Of a DNA stretch of 64,000 nt, positions 17,823-28,366 are shown one piece after another. Source of the DNA: Parvibaculum sp. (GTDB lineage Bacteria > Pseudomonadota > Alphaproteobacteria > Parvibaculales > Parvibaculaceae); contig NZ_DAOKYX010000002.1 of the NCBI RefSeq assembly GCF_035325945.1, positions 13,757 through 77,756 on the forward strand, read 5' to 3'. A model generated the notes under the pieces. The model did no database searches and was not told the DNA's origin. It worked only from the letters and a program-made list of their open reading frames with translations. The position numbers and the translations under genes were made by a program. Positions within the stretch are counted from its first letter, which is position 1; every line of letters begins with the position of its first letter.

Positions 17823-19973
17823 ATGCTGCGCCAGTACGAGCTGGTTGATCGGGTTCTGGGCTACGATCCGAAAGCGGACGAAGCCCTCATCAACCGCGCC
17901 TATGTCTATGCCATGAAGCAGCATGGCAACCAGATGCGGGCGAGCGGCGACCCCTATTTCTCGCATCCGATCGAGGTCGCAGGGATTCTCACCGATCTCA
18001 AGCTCGACACCGCGACCATCGTCACCGCGATCCTGCACGACACGATCGAGGATACGGGCGCGACCATGGAGGAGCTGACCAAGCTCTTCGGCGCCGAGGT
18101 CGCCAATCTCGTCGATGGCGTGACCAAGCTCACGCGGATCGAGATCACGTCGGAGCGCTCCAAGCAGGCGGAGAATTTCCGCAAGTTCCTGCTGGCCATG
18201 TCGAACGACATCCGCGTGCTGCTCGTCAAGCTCGCGGACCGGCTCCACAACATGCGGACGCTGCATTTCATTCCGTCCCCGGAGAAGCGCCGCCGCATTG
18301 CGCAGGAGACGATGGACATCTATGCGCCGCTTGCCGGCCGCATGGGCATTCAGGAAATCCGCGAGGAGCTGGAAGACCTCGCCTTCAAGGAACTCAATCC
18401 CGAGGCGCGCGAAACGCTGCTGAAGCGGCTCAACGAATTTCATTCGGCAAGCTCGGAAACGCTCAAGCGCATCGCGGAGAGCCTTCAGGCGCGGCTGGAG
18501 GAGGGAGGCCTTGCCTGCAAGGTCGACGGGCGGCTGAAGCGCGCCTATTCGATCTGGCGCAAGATGGAGCGCCGGGCGATCTCGCTCGAGCAGCTTTCCG
18601 ATATTTTCGGCTTCCGTGTCATCGTCGACGATGTCGGGGACTGCTATCGCGCCGTCGGCATTCTGCATACGAACTGGCCGATGGTTCCGGGCCGGTTCAA
18701 GGATTACATCTCGACGCCGAAGAACAACGGCTATCGCTCGATCCACACCACCATGATCGGGCCGGAGAACAAACGCGTCGAGGTGCAGATCCGCACGCAC
18801 AAGATGCACGAGGTGGCCGAACTCGGCATCGCCGCGCACTGGCTCTACAAGGACGGTTCGAGCGGCGCGGAGCGCTCCGAGGAATTCGCGAGCACGTTCC
18901 GCTGGCTGCGTCAGCTCATCGAAATGCTGGAGCATGGCGGCACGCCGGAAGAGTTTCTGGAGCACACCAAGCTCCAGATGTATTCGGACCAGGTGTTCTG
19001 CTTCACGCCCAAGGGGCTTCTCATCACGCTGCCGCGCGGCGCGACGCCGATCGATTTCGCCTATGCCGTCCATACGGAAGTCGGTGACAGTTGCGTCGGC
19101 TGCAAGATCAACGGCCGGCACATGCCGCTGCGCTCCATCCTTCAGAATGGCGACGAGGTGGAGATCATCCGCTCGCAGGCCCAGCGTCCCTCACCCGGCT
19201 GGGAGGCATTCGTCGCAACGGGCAAGGCGCGCTCGGCCATCCGCCGCGCGATCCGGCAGGCCAAGCAGGCCGAGTTCGGCAGGCTCGGACGGCAGATCGT
19301 CAAGGGCGTGTTCGAGGCGGCGGGCAAGGAGGTGACGGATGTCATCCTCCAGCGCGCCATCGGACCTCTGCATATGGACGATCTCGGCGATCTTCTCGCT
19401 TCAGTCGGCGATGGCACTCTGACCGGCCAGCAGGTGCTCGAAACGGTCTATCCCGAACTCCCGGCGAAGAAGACCCCGGCCCGCAAATCCGTCAAGGCCA
19501 ATGGCGCCGGCGACCACCGCGCCGTGGTGCGGTTGACGGGCCGCGGGCACGGTCTGGCGATCCGCATGGCGCCGGACAGCCAGCCGCTGCCCGGCGAGCG
19601 CATCGTCGGCATCATCACGCCGGGCGAAGGCGTGACCGTCTATCCCATCGACGCGCCCGCTCTGGCCGAGTTCGACGGCGAACCCACGCGCTGGCTCGAT
19701 GTGAAGTGGGATATCGACCCCGACCATCCGCAGAGTTTCCCCGCGCGCCTCAACATCACGGCGCGGAACGAGGTCGGCGCGCTCGGCCACATCACATCGC
19801 TCATCGCCGACTATGGCAGCAACATCACGAATCTGAGCATGACGGAGCGGGATTCCGATTTCTACGACATGCAGGTCGATCTCGAGGTCCGCGACTTCAA
19901 GCACCTGACCCGGATCATGTCGGCGCTAAACGGACTTTCCGTCGTGAGCAAGGTCATCCGGCCCCGCCGCTAG
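17823..19973 (+). CDS. spoT: Bifunctional (p)ppGpp synthetase/hydrolase (RelA/SpoT homologue)
   Basis: 716 aa with HD domain (HPIEVAGIL...HDTIEDT), synthetase domain (YRSIHTT), and TGS and ACT regions. Confidence 0.95.
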   Translation: MLRQYELVDRVLGYDPKADEALINRAYVYAMKQHGNQMRASGDPYFSHPIEVAGILTDLKLDTATIVTAILHDTIEDTGATMEELTKLFGAEVANLVDGVTKLTRIEITSERSKQAENFRKFLLAMSNDIRVLLVKLADRLHNMRTLHFIPSPEKRRRIAQETMDIYAPLAGRMGIQEIREELEDLAFKELNPEARETLLKRLNEFHSASSETLKRIAESLQARLEEGGLACKVDGRLKRAYSIWRKMERRAISLEQLSDIFGFRVIVDDVGDCYRAVGILHTNWPMVPGRFKDYISTPKNNGYRSIHTTMIGPENKRVEVQIRTHKMHEVAELGIAAHWLYKDGSSGAERSEEFASTFRWLRQLIEMLEHGGTPEEFLEHTKLQMYSDQVFCFTPKGLLITLPRGATPIDFAYAVHTEVGDSCVGCKINGRHMPLRSILQNGDEVEIIRSQAQRPSPGWEAFVATGKARSAIRRAIRQAKQAEFGRLGRQIVKGVFEAAGKEVTDVILQRAIGPLHMDDLGDLLASVGDGTLTGQQVLETVYPELPAKKTPARKSVKANGAGDHRAVVRLTGRGHGLAIRMAPDSQPLPGERIVGIITPGEGVTVYPIDAPALAEFDGEPTRWLDVKWDIDPDHPQSFPARLNITARNEVGALGHITSLIADYGSNITNLSMTERDSDFYDMQVDLEVRDFKHLTRIMSALNGLSVVSKVIRPRR

Positions 19974-20081
19974 GGGCGCGCGGGGGCTCGCATCAGCCTG
20001 TCCGGGGCTACGCAGGGCGCGTAATTTTCGGGCCATGGCAGCCGAAATCTGCTATCCCGAAGCGCCATAACGAGGGGCGCC

Positions 20082-20666
20082 ATGAAAGAAGCGAAAGTTC
20101 TCAAGGAATTCGAAAAGGCCGGAGCCCTGCTCAGGGGCCACTTCATCCTGTCCTCCGGATTGCACAGCCCGATGTTCCTGCAAAAGGCATTGGTGTTCAT
20201 GAATCCGAAGCGGACCTCGCGGCTCTGCAAGGCGCTCGCCGCCAAGGTGAGGGACGAGGTGGACGACGATATTGACGCCATCGTCTCGCCGGCCGTCGGC
20301 GGCATCATTCCGGGCTATGAGACGGCGCGGCATCTCGGCGTGCCCGCCATGTATGTGGAGCGCGAGGATGGCGAATTCGTCGTCCGCCGCGGCTTTCCGC
20401 TGAAGAAGGGCATGAAGGTGCTCATGGTTGAGGACATCGTCACGACCGGCCTTTCCTCCCGCGAATGCATCGCGGCGATCAAGAAGACCGGCGCGCGCGT
20501 CGTCGCGGCGGCCTGCCTCATCGACCGCTCGGGCGGCCGGGCCAATGTCGGCGCCAAGCTCGTCTCTCTGGCGCAGATCGACATTCCGGCCTATCCCGCG
20601 AGCGAACTCCCGCCCGAACTGGCGGACATTCCGGCCACCAAGCCAGGCAGCCGGGGCCTCAAATAA
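20082..20666 (+). CDS. pyrE: Orotate phosphoribosyltransferase
   Basis: [11 protein letters not shown]...[13 protein letters not shown], a PRPP-binding motif. 194 aa. Confidence 0.95.
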   Translation: MKEAKVLKEFEKAGALLRGHFILSSGLHSPMFLQKALVFMNPKRTSRLCKALAAKVRDEVDDDIDAIVSPAVGGIIPGYETARHLGVPAMYVEREDGEFVVRRGFPLKKGMKVLMVEDIVTTGLSSRECIAAIKKTGARVVAAACLIDRSGGRANVGAKLVSLAQIDIPAYPASELPPELADIPATKPGSRGLK

Positions 20667-20676
20667 GGAATGATCG

Positions 20677-21279
20677 GTGTTCCGGCGTAGGGTCCAGCTT
20701 TCCGCCTTGCAGAAAATGCGGGAGTCATTGTGGCCCCGCATCGGCTGGAAGCGCGCGAGCCTTTATGTCTGGCGGCGCGTCTGGCGGCTGAGCGGCACGC
20801 CCCATGCGATCGCGATCGGGGTCGCGGCGGGGGCGTTCGTCTCCTTCACGCCCTTTCTCGGCTTCCATGTCATGATGGCCCTGCTGATCGCATGGGTGCT
20901 GCGCGGTAATCTCATTGCGGCCGTATTCGGCACGATGGTCGGCAATCCCGTTTCCTATCCGCCGATCTGGTTTGCCACCTACGATCTCGGCAACCGGCTC
21001 CTCGGCCTGTCGGGGCGGCCGAATGTGAACCTCACCGAGCTGCTGATGGGCGGCAAGGCGTTCGACGTGATCCTCCCGGTCATGGTGCCGATGGCGATCG
21101 GGGCCGTGCCGCTCGGTCTTGCGGGCGGGCTCGCCGCCTATTTCTTCGTCAAGACGGCCGTCTCGGCCTATCAATTACGCAGGCGCGAGCAGCTTGAGGA
21201 GCGGGCGCTTTCGCGGCATGTGGAAGACGCCGTGCCGGCACCGGCAGGCAATGAGAGCGAAAACGACGAGCAGGAATAG
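20677..21279 (+). CDS. DUF2062-type membrane protein
   Basis: 200 aa. PHAIAIGVAAGAFVSFTPFLGFH and several TM helices. Conserved position between pyrE and pdxJ. Confidence 0.75.
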   Translation: MFRRRVQLSALQKMRESLWPRIGWKRASLYVWRRVWRLSGTPHAIAIGVAAGAFVSFTPFLGFHVMMALLIAWVLRGNLIAAVFGTMVGNPVSYPPIWFATYDLGNRLLGLSGRPNVNLTELLMGGKAFDVILPVMVPMAIGAVPLGLAGGLAAYFFVKTAVSAYQLRRREQLEERALSRHVEDAVPAPAGNESENDEQE

Positions 21280-21330
21280 AAGCATCCGGCATTGAGCGCG
21301 CGATCCGCGCTGCCGGCGGAGATGGAAGAG

Positions 21331-22098
21331 ATGAGCGGACAGAAGGCGGCGCATCTGCGCCTCGGCGTGAATATCGACCATGTGGCCACGATCAGGAACG
21401 CGCGTGGCGGCGATCATCCCGATCCGGTGCGGGCGGCCGAGGCCGCCGCGGCGGCGGGCGCCGATGGCATCACGGCGCATCTGCGCGAGGATCGCCGGCA
21501 CATCCGCGACCGCGACATCGAGCAGTTGATGAGCACGATCGGGCTGCCGCTCAATCTGGAAATGGCGGCGACGGAGGAAATGCTTGAAATCGCCCTCCGG
21601 CACCGCCCGCATGCCTGCTGCATCGTGCCCGAGCGGCGCGAGGAGGTGACGACCGAGGGCGGCCTCGACGTCGCGGGCCATCGCGAGCATCTGGCGCCTT
21701 ACGTGGCGAAGCTGCGTGATGCGGGCATTCGCGTCTCGCTCTTCATCAATCCCGACCGCCACCAGCTCGAAGCCGCTGTGGCTCTCGGCGCGCCGGTGGT
21801 GGAGCTTCACACCGGCGCCTATTGCGAGGCGGAGGGAGCGGCGCGCGCGGCCGAGCTTGCCCGCCTCACGGCAGCGGCGCGCGAGGGCGGGGCTCTGGGG
21901 CTCGAGATCCATGCGGGCCACGGCCTCACCTTCGCCAATGTCGGGCCCGTGGCCGCGCTGCCGGAAGTGGCGGAACTCAATATCGGACATTTCCTGATCG
22001 GCGAGGCGATATTCACCGGCCTCGATCAGGCGATCAGGCGCATGCGCGCCCTGATGGAGGAAGCGCGCGCGGAGGCGCTTTGCGCACCGAAGGCATGA
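21331..22098 (+). CDS. pdxJ: Pyridoxine 5'-phosphate synthase
   Basis: [17 protein letters not shown]...HLREDRRHI...EIHAGHGL. Start is ambiguous (ATG 21292, 21322 or 21331). Confidence 0.95.
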   Translation: MSGQKAAHLRLGVNIDHVATIRNARGGDHPDPVRAAEAAAAAGADGITAHLREDRRHIRDRDIEQLMSTIGLPLNLEMAATEEMLEIALRHRPHACCIVPERREEVTTEGGLDVAGHREHLAPYVAKLRDAGIRVSLFINPDRHQLEAAVALGAPVVELHTGAYCEAEGAARAAELARLTAAAREGGALGLEIHAGHGLTFANVGPVAALPEVAELNIGHFLIGEAIFTGLDQAIRRMRALMEEARAEALCAPKA

Positions 22099-22108
22099 GC
22101 TCGAGGGC

Positions 22109-22537
22109 ATGGCCATGAGCATGATCATCGGTATCGGCAACGACATGATCGACATCAGGCGGGTCGAGCGGACGCTCGAACGCTTCGGCGACCGCTTCAC
22201 CGAGCGGATTTTCACCGAGGTGGAGCGACAGAAATCCGACCGCCGGAAAAACCGGGCCGCCTCCTATGCCAAGCGGTTCGCGGCCAAGGAGGCATGCGCC
22301 AAGGCGCTCGGCACCGGGCTCAATCGCGGCGTCTTCTGGCGGGATATGGGGGTCGTCAACCTGCGAGGCGGCCAGCCCACCATGGCGCTGACGGGCGGCG
22401 CGCGCGCGCGGCTGGAGGCGATCACCCCGGTGGGCATGGAGGCCGTCATCCATATAACGATTACGGATGATCATCCGCTCGCCCAGGCATTTGTCATAAT
22501 TTCGGCCATTCCGGCGGGGAATATGGCCGGCCGATAG
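22109..22537 (+). CDS. acpS: Holo-[acyl-carrier-protein] synthase
   Basis: [15 protein letters not shown]...[11 protein letters not shown]. Start options are ATG 22109, 22115 and 22121. Confidence 0.93.
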   Translation: MAMSMIIGIGNDMIDIRRVERTLERFGDRFTERIFTEVERQKSDRRKNRAASYAKRFAAKEACAKALGTGLNRGVFWRDMGVVNLRGGQPTMALTGGARARLEAITPVGMEAVIHITITDDHPLAQAFVIISAIPAGNMAGR

Positions 22538-22621
22538 AAGCGGTTGGTGGGGCCGGGGTCTATGCTATTGTCCGCCTGTCCCGGGACGGGAATGGAAGGA
22601 CCGGGACGCAGGAGCTGGATA

Positions 22622-23380
22622 ATGTCGATGAGTGAACAAGCAAATACAGGCCGGGGCGGCGCCATAGGCGAAAATATCCGCACCATAGGCTACGCACTTC
22701 TGATCGCCCTCATCATCAGGGCGTTTTTTTTCCAGCCCTTCAACATCCCGTCGAGTTCCATGGTGCCGACGCTGCTCGTCGGCGACTACCTTTTCGTTTC
22801 CAAATACAGCTACGGCTACTCGAAACACTCGCTGCCCTTCAGCCCGCCGATCTTCGACGGCCGTATCCTCGCTCGCCAGCCGCACAGGGGCGACGTGGTC
22901 GTCTTCAAGAAGCCGACCGACAACAGGACGGATTTCATCAAGCGGCTGATCGGCCTTCCCGGCGACCGGATTCAGATGAAGGATGGCGTGCTCTATCTCA
23001 ACGGCACGGCGGTTCCGAAAGTCAGGATCGAGGATTTCGTCGAGCGCGACGAGTTCGGCAGCGTCATTCGCGTGCCGCAATATCGCGAGACGCTTCCCAA
23101 CGGCGTCACCTATACGACGCTCGATTTCCAGCAGAACGGCGACCTCGACAACACCGATGTCTATGTCGTGCCGCCCGGCCATTATTTCATGATGGGCGAC
23201 AATCGCGACAATTCGATGGATAGCCGCGTGCCGAGCGTGGTCGGCTATGTGCCGTTCGAGAACCTCGTCGGAAAAGCCGAGATCATTTTCTTCTCGACCG
23301 ATGGCAGCGCGCATTTCTGGGAGTTCTGGCGGTGGCCGTCCTCGATCCGCTGGAACCGCATTTTCATGTGGGTCGATTGA
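22622..23380 (+). CDS. lepB: Signal peptidase I
   Basis: IPSSSMVPTL (catalytic Ser), RGDVVVF, and GDNRDNSMDSR box E. ATG 22622 is preceded by AGGAG (the longest ORF starts at 22544). Confidence 0.95.
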   Translation: MSMSEQANTGRGGAIGENIRTIGYALLIALIIRAFFFQPFNIPSSSMVPTLLVGDYLFVSKYSYGYSKHSLPFSPPIFDGRILARQPHRGDVVVFKKPTDNRTDFIKRLIGLPGDRIQMKDGVLYLNGTAVPKVRIEDFVERDEFGSVIRVPQYRETLPNGVTYTTLDFQQNGDLDNTDVYVVPPGHYFMMGDNRDNSMDSRVPSVVGYVPFENLVGKAEIIFFSTDGSAHFWEFWRWPSSIRWNRIFMWVD

Positions 23381-24084
23381 GCCGGAATCGCAGTTCCCAA
23401 TATCGGGCGCTCATGGCCCGGCTGGGGCACAGCTTCAAGGATGAGAGCCTGCTCGATCTCGCGCTCTGCCATCCGAGCGCGGTAAGCGGCGCGGCCGAGG
23501 GCGCGAGCAATCAGCGGCTCGAATTTCTGGGCGACAGGGTGCTCGGCCTCGTCATCGCCGAATGGCTGCTTGGCGAGTATCCGGCGGCGGAGGAGGGCGA
23601 GCTTGCGGTGCGCCTCAACGCGCTCGTCCGCAAGGAGGCTTGTGCGGGCGTCGCCGAGAGGATCGCGCTCGGTCCCTGCCTCGCGCTCGGCCCCGGAGAG
23701 GAGCGCGGCGGCGGGCGGGAAAAAATGGCGATTCTGGCCGATGCCTGCGAGGCAGTCATCGCCGCGCTCTATCTCGATGGCGGGCTTGGCGCGGCCGAGC
23801 GCTTCATCAAGACGGAGTGGGCGGGGCTCATCGCCGGCCCGGCGCGCGCGAGGCGCGATGCGAAAACCGCGCTTCAGGAATGGACGCAGGCGCTCGGACG
23901 TGGCATCCCCACATACAGGGAAGCCGGGCGCTTCGGCCCCGATCACGCGCCCGTCTTCACGGTGCGGGTCGAGATCGCGGGGCTCGAGCCCATAACAGGC
24001 GAAGGCGGATCGAAGCGGCAGGCCGAGCAGGCAGCCGCCGGCGCCATGCTGATCAGAGAAGGTGTCTGGAACGACGATGAGTGA
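23377..24084 (+). CDS. rnc: Ribonuclease III
   Basis: NQRLEFLGDRVLGL signature plus a C-terminal dsRBD. Start is either TTG 23377 (overlaps the lepB TGA) or ATG 23413. Confidence 0.95.
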   Translation: MSRNRSSQYRALMARLGHSFKDESLLDLALCHPSAVSGAAEGASNQRLEFLGDRVLGLVIAEWLLGEYPAAEEGELAVRLNALVRKEACAGVAERIALGPCLALGPGEERGGGREKMAILADACEAVIAALYLDGGLGAAERFIKTEWAGLIAGPARARRDAKTALQEWTQALGRGIPTYREAGRFGPDHAPVFTVRVEIAGLEPITGEGGSKRQAEQAAAGAMLIREGVWNDDE

Positions 24085-25009
24085 GATGGCAAACAGGAGC
24101 GGTGAGACACGATGCGGCTTCGTCGCCATCATTGGCGCGCCCAATGCGGGCAAATCGACGCTGCTCAACGCGCTTGTCGGCTCCAAGGTCGCCATCGTCA
24201 CGCATAAGGTGCAGACGACGCGCAGCCGCATCCGCGGCATCGCCATCGAAGGTCAGGCGCAGATCATTTTCGTCGACACGCCCGGCATCTTCAAGCCGAA
24301 GCGTCGGCTCGATCGCGCCATGGTGGAAGCCGCCTGGGGCGGGGCGGGCGATGCCGACCTCATCGTGGTCATGGTGGACACGGAGCGCGGCCGCACCGCC
24401 GATGTCGATCGTGTGCTCGAGGGCCTGCGCGATCAGGGGCGCAAGGCGATCCTCGTCCTCAACAAGACGGACGCGCTCGCCAGCGAAAAGGGGCGAGAGA
24501 AATTGCTGAAGCTCGCAAGCGATCTCGATGCGACGGGGCTCTTCACCGACACTTTCATGATCTCGGCGCTCACCGGCGACGGCGTCGCCGATCTGAAGAT
24601 GCATATCGCGGAGCGCATGCCGAAAGGCGCGTGGCACTATCCGGAGGATCAGGCGGCGGACGTGCCCCTGCGCTCGCTCGCGGCGGAAGTCACGCGCGAG
24701 AAGCTCTTTCTCAGGCTCCATGACGAGCTGCCCTACGAACTCACCGTGGAGACGGAGCAGTGGGAGCACAAGAAGGACGGCTCGATCCGCATCCAGCAGG
24801 TGATCTACGTCCAGCGCGAGAGCCAGCGCAAGATTGCGCTCGGCGCCGGCGGACAGACGATCAAGACGGTCGGCCAGCTCGCGCGCGCCGAACTCGAGGA
24901 AATGCTCGGAACGAAAGTGCATCTCTTCCTGTTCGTGAAAGTGCGTGAAAACTGGGGTGAGGATCGCGAGCGCTATCGCGAGATGGGCCTCGATTTCCCG
25001 AAGGATTGA
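24077..25009 (+). CDS. era: GTPase Era
   Basis: CGFVAIIGAPNAGKSTLLN (G1), DTPG, NKTD, and a KH domain. Start is ATG 24077 or 24086 (the longest ORF starts at GTG 24062). Confidence 0.97.
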   Translation: MSEMANRSGETRCGFVAIIGAPNAGKSTLLNALVGSKVAIVTHKVQTTRSRIRGIAIEGQAQIIFVDTPGIFKPKRRLDRAMVEAAWGGAGDADLIVVMVDTERGRTADVDRVLEGLRDQGRKAILVLNKTDALASEKGREKLLKLASDLDATGLFTDTFMISALTGDGVADLKMHIAERMPKGAWHYPEDQAADVPLRSLAAEVTREKLFLRLHDELPYELTVETEQWEHKKDGSIRIQQVIYVQRESQRKIALGAGGQTIKTVGQLARAELEEMLGTKVHLFLFVKVRENWGEDRERYREMGLDFPKD

Positions 25010-25084
25010 GGGGCGCACGGATCCGCGTCCGCCCGCGGCGTCCGTTCGGGCGTCGCAGGGGCGGCCGAAGAGAGGTGAACGCTC

Positions 25085-25846
25085 TTGGAATGGCGTGACG
25101 AAGGCATTGTGCTCTCCGCGCGGCCCTATGGCGAAACGGGCGCGATCGTCGAGCTTTTGACGCGCGCGCATGGCCGCCATCTCGGCCTTGTGCGCGGCGG
25201 CGCGGCGCGGCGTCACAAGAGCATGCTGCAACCGGGAAACAGCCTCGCGGCGCATTGGCGCGCGCGCCTCGCCGAGCATCTTGGCACCTATACGGTGGAG
25301 ACGCAGAAGCCGCGCGCGGGGCTCATCATGGAAAATGGCTTCTCGCTTCTCGGACTGAGCGCCGCTTGCGCGGTGGCGGGCGTCATTCCCGAGCGCGAGG
25401 CGCATCCCGCGCTCTATGAGGGGTTCGAGCTTCTGCTCGACACGATGGAGGACGCGGATATCTGGCCAGCGGTCTATGTGCGCTGGGAGCTTGGCCTGCT
25501 TCAGGAGCTTGGCTTCGGCCTCGATCTCGGCCAATGCGCCGCGACGGGCGCGCGCGAGGATCTCGTCTATGTGTCCCCGAGAAGCGGCGCGGCCGTCAGC
25601 CGCGCGGCGGGCGAGCCGTGGCGGGACCGCCTCTTTCGCCTGCCGCCGTTTCTCGTCGGCTCGCAGGCGGGCGAGGCGACGGCCGAGGATGTGCTGGAAG
25701 GGCTTCGCATCACCGGGCATTTCCTCGACCGGCATCTCTTTTCCGCGCAGCAGCGCCATTTGCCCGATGCGCGGATCAGGCTTCAGGAGCGCTTCGCGGC
25801 GCGGTCCCGAGGCCAGACGGCGGGGCGCGACGAATCGCTGATATAA
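25085..25846 (+). CDS. recO: DNA repair protein RecO
   Basis: TTG start gives MEWRDEGIVLSARPYGETGAIVELLT, the conserved RecO N-terminus. AGAGGTG lies upstream. Confidence 0.93.
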   Translation: MEWRDEGIVLSARPYGETGAIVELLTRAHGRHLGLVRGGAARRHKSMLQPGNSLAAHWRARLAEHLGTYTVETQKPRAGLIMENGFSLLGLSAACAVAGVIPEREAHPALYEGFELLLDTMEDADIWPAVYVRWELGLLQELGFGLDLGQCAATGAREDLVYVSPRSGAAVSRAAGEPWRDRLFRLPPFLVGSQAGEATAEDVLEGLRITGHFLDRHLFSAQQRHLPDARIRLQERFAARSRGQTAGRDESLI

Positions 25847-25998
25847 TGGCCATCCGCCGACATCCAATCGTCATGGCTCGTTCCCGCCGGGCCGTTCGTG
25901 CCGCCAGCCCGGCGTCGAGGAAGAAACGCGACGATCCGTAACGAAGAGGCGCAAGCCGATCCTTGTGCCGTAGATAGTCCGATGAAAGCTGAACCGAT

Positions 25999-28248
25999 AT
26001 GACCAAACTTGCCCCGCCGCCCCATGGGCCCGAGCATGAGATCAAGCTTCGCGACGCGCTGGAAGAGCGCTATCTCGCCTATGCGCTCTCGACCATCATG
26101 CATCGCGCGCTGCCCGATGTGCGCGACGGGCTGAAGCCGGTCCACCGCCGTGTCCTCTATGCGATGCGTCAGCTCAAGCTCGATCCGGGCTCGGGCTTCA
26201 AGAAGTCGGCGCGCGTGGTCGGCGATGTCATCGGCCGCTATCACCCGCATGGCGATCAATCCGTCTATGACGCGCTGGTGCGTCTCGCGCAGGATTTCTC
26301 CGTGCGCTATCCGCTCGTCGACGGTCAGGGAAATTTCGGCAACGTCGATGGCGATAACGCGGCGGCGATGCGCTACACCGAAGCGCGGCTCACCGACGTC
26401 GCGGCGCTCCTGCTCGACGAGATGGACGACGACACCGTCGATTTCCGCGAGACTTATGACGGCGAGGACAGGGAGCCGGTGGTGTTGCCCGGCGCCTTCC
26501 CGAACCTGCTTGCGAATGGCGCTTCCGGTATCGCGGTCGGCATGGCGACATCGATCCCGCCGCACAATGCGGCCGAGCTTTGCGACGCGGCGCTCCATCT
26601 CATCAAGCACCCCAACGCGCGGACGGACAAGCTCGTCGAATTCGTGCAAGGTCCCGATTTCCCGACCGGCGGCATTATCGTTGAGAGCCGCGAGGCCATT
26701 GCGGAGGCCTATGCGACCGGCCGCGGCGGTTTCCGTGTTCGCGCGCGCTGGGTGCGCGAGGAGCTGCCGCGCGGGCTCTGGCAGATCGTCGTCACCGAAA
26801 TTCCCTATCAGGTGCAGAAGTCGAAGCTCATCGAGAAGATTGCCGAGCTTCTGATGGCGAAGAAGCTGCCGCTGCTCGACGATGTGCGCGACGAATCCGC
26901 CGAAGAGATCCGGCTCGTTCTCGTGCCGAAGAGCAAGACCGTCGATCCCGAGCATCTGATGGAGTCGCTTTTCCGCGCAAGCGATCTGGAGAGCCGTTTC
27001 CCGCTCAATCTGAACGTGCTTTCCGCCGAGCAGGTGCCGGGTGTCATGTCGCTGCGCGATGCGCTTCAGGCATGGCTCGACCATCGCAAGGTCGTTCTCA
27101 TCCGGCGCTCGAACTTCCGCCTGCAGAAGATCGCCAAGCGGCTCGAGGTTCTCGACGGCTACCTCATCGCCTATCTCAATCTCGACGAGGTGATCCGCAT
27201 CATCCGCGAGGAGGATGAGCCGAAGGCCGAGCTGATGCGCGTCTTCAAACTCACCGACAATCAGGCGGAAGCGATCCTCAACATGCGCCTCAGGAGCTTG
27301 CGCAAGTTGGAGGAAATGGAAATCCGCGGCGAGCACAAGGAGCTGACCGCCGAGCAGAAATCGCTGAATGCGCTTCTCAAGTCCGAGCAGGCGCAATGGG
27401 CGAAGGTCGGCGACGAAATCAGGGAGGTGAAGGCGAAATACGGTCCAAAGACCGAGCTTGGCCGCCGCCGCACCACCTTTGCGGATGCACCCGCCATCGA
27501 GTTCGTGCCGCCGGAAGCAATGATCGAGCGCGAGCCCGTCACCATCGTCTGTTCGGCCAAGGGCTGGATTCGCTCGATGAAGGGCCATCTCGCGCCGGAT
27601 GCCGAGATCAAATACAAGGAAGGCGATGGCGAGCGTTTCGTGCTTCACGCCGAGACGACCGACAAGCTGATCCTTTTTGCGACCGATGGCCGCTTCTACA
27701 CGCTCGCCGCCGACAAGCTGCCGGGCGGGCGCGGACATGGCGAGCCCGTGCGGCTGCTCATCGACATGGAGGAGGGCCGCGAGATCGTGCAGATCTTCGT
27801 GCATGAGCCCGGACGCAAGCTGCTCGTCGCCTCGCTTGAGGGCAATGGCTTCATCGTGCCGGAGGACGAGGTCGTGGCGATGCGGCGCGCGGGCAAGCAG
27901 GTGCTCAATGTTTCGGGCGCCGACGAGGCGGTCGCCTGCGCGGTGGTGCAGGGCGATCATGTGGCCGTCATCGGCGAGAACAGGAAGCTGCTTCTCTTCC
28001 CCATTGCCGAGGTCAACGAGATGACGCGTGGCAAGGGCGTGCGACTGCAGAGCTACAAGGATGGCGGCCTCGACGACGTCAAATGCTTCCGGCTCAAGGA
28101 CGGGCTCACCGTTTATGACCGTTCGGGGCGGGCGCGCCAGTTCGCCGATCTCAAGGATTGGGTCGGCAAGCGCGCTCAGGCGGGCCGCCTGCCGCCAAAG
28201 GGCTTCCCGTCAGGTCCGAAGTTCGGCGGCGCGTTCGGCGCGGCGTAG
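25999..28248 (+). CDS. parC: DNA topoisomerase IV subunit A
   Basis: 749 aa. [21 protein letters not shown]...[22 protein letters not shown]...[10 protein letters not shown]. Length and C-terminus fit alphaproteobacterial ParC rather than GyrA. Confidence 0.9.
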   Translation: MTKLAPPPHGPEHEIKLRDALEERYLAYALSTIMHRALPDVRDGLKPVHRRVLYAMRQLKLDPGSGFKKSARVVGDVIGRYHPHGDQSVYDALVRLAQDFSVRYPLVDGQGNFGNVDGDNAAAMRYTEARLTDVAALLLDEMDDDTVDFRETYDGEDREPVVLPGAFPNLLANGASGIAVGMATSIPPHNAAELCDAALHLIKHPNARTDKLVEFVQGPDFPTGGIIVESREAIAEAYATGRGGFRVRARWVREELPRGLWQIVVTEIPYQVQKSKLIEKIAELLMAKKLPLLDDVRDESAEEIRLVLVPKSKTVDPEHLMESLFRASDLESRFPLNLNVLSAEQVPGVMSLRDALQAWLDHRKVVLIRRSNFRLQKIAKRLEVLDGYLIAYLNLDEVIRIIREEDEPKAELMRVFKLTDNQAEAILNMRLRSLRKLEEMEIRGEHKELTAEQKSLNALLKSEQAQWAKVGDEIREVKAKYGPKTELGRRRTTFADAPAIEFVPPEAMIEREPVTIVCSAKGWIRSMKGHLAPDAEIKYKEGDGERFVLHAETTDKLILFATDGRFYTLAADKLPGGRGHGEPVRLLIDMEEGREIVQIFVHEPGRKLLVASLEGNGFIVPEDEVVAMRRAGKQVLNVSGADEAVACAVVQGDHVAVIGENRKLLLFPIAEVNEMTRGKGVRLQSYKDGGLDDVKCFRLKDGLTVYDRSGRARQFADLKDWVGKRAQAGRLPPKGFPSGPKFGGAFGAA

Positions 28249-28268
28249 TAACACGCAAGCGGCCCCGG

Positions 28269-28334
28269 ATGCCGGATCAGGTCCGGCATGACGCGCCTCG
28301 GGCAGACGTGGATGGCCCGGACGAGCCGGGCCAT
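28269..28334. repeat. Two REP-like palindromic units between convergent genes
   Basis: atgccgga-tcagg-tccggcat (28269-28289) and atggcccgg-acgag-ccgggccat (28312-28334). Both are flanked by gg...gac, giving the shared pattern GGATGsCCGG-N5-CCGGsCATGAC. Confidence 0.6.
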
Positions 28335-28366
28335 GACCTTTGAGGCAAGGATCGTTCAGCGATCTC

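Noticed and set aside
17256-19121. 621-aa ORF antisense to rpoZ and spoT
   Set aside because: Antisense shadow ORF. It spans an intergenic terminator and two real genes.
24053-25867. 604-aa ORF antisense to era and recO
   Set aside because: Antisense shadow ORF with the same compositional signature. The same applies to 1468-2706, 10831-12858, 13044-13934, 43484-44677, 45725-47209, 48260-49597 and 50137-51813.
25846-25941. 31-codon basic sORF starting in the recO stop (TAATG)
   Set aside because: The product [31 protein letters not shown] has only moderate GC3 and no recognisable family. It is also the tail of a longer out-of-frame shadow ORF (25534-25941). Evidence is insufficient.
25783-27960. 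725-aa ORF antisense to parC
   Set aside because: Antisense shadow of a clearly real gene, with no motifs and biased composition.
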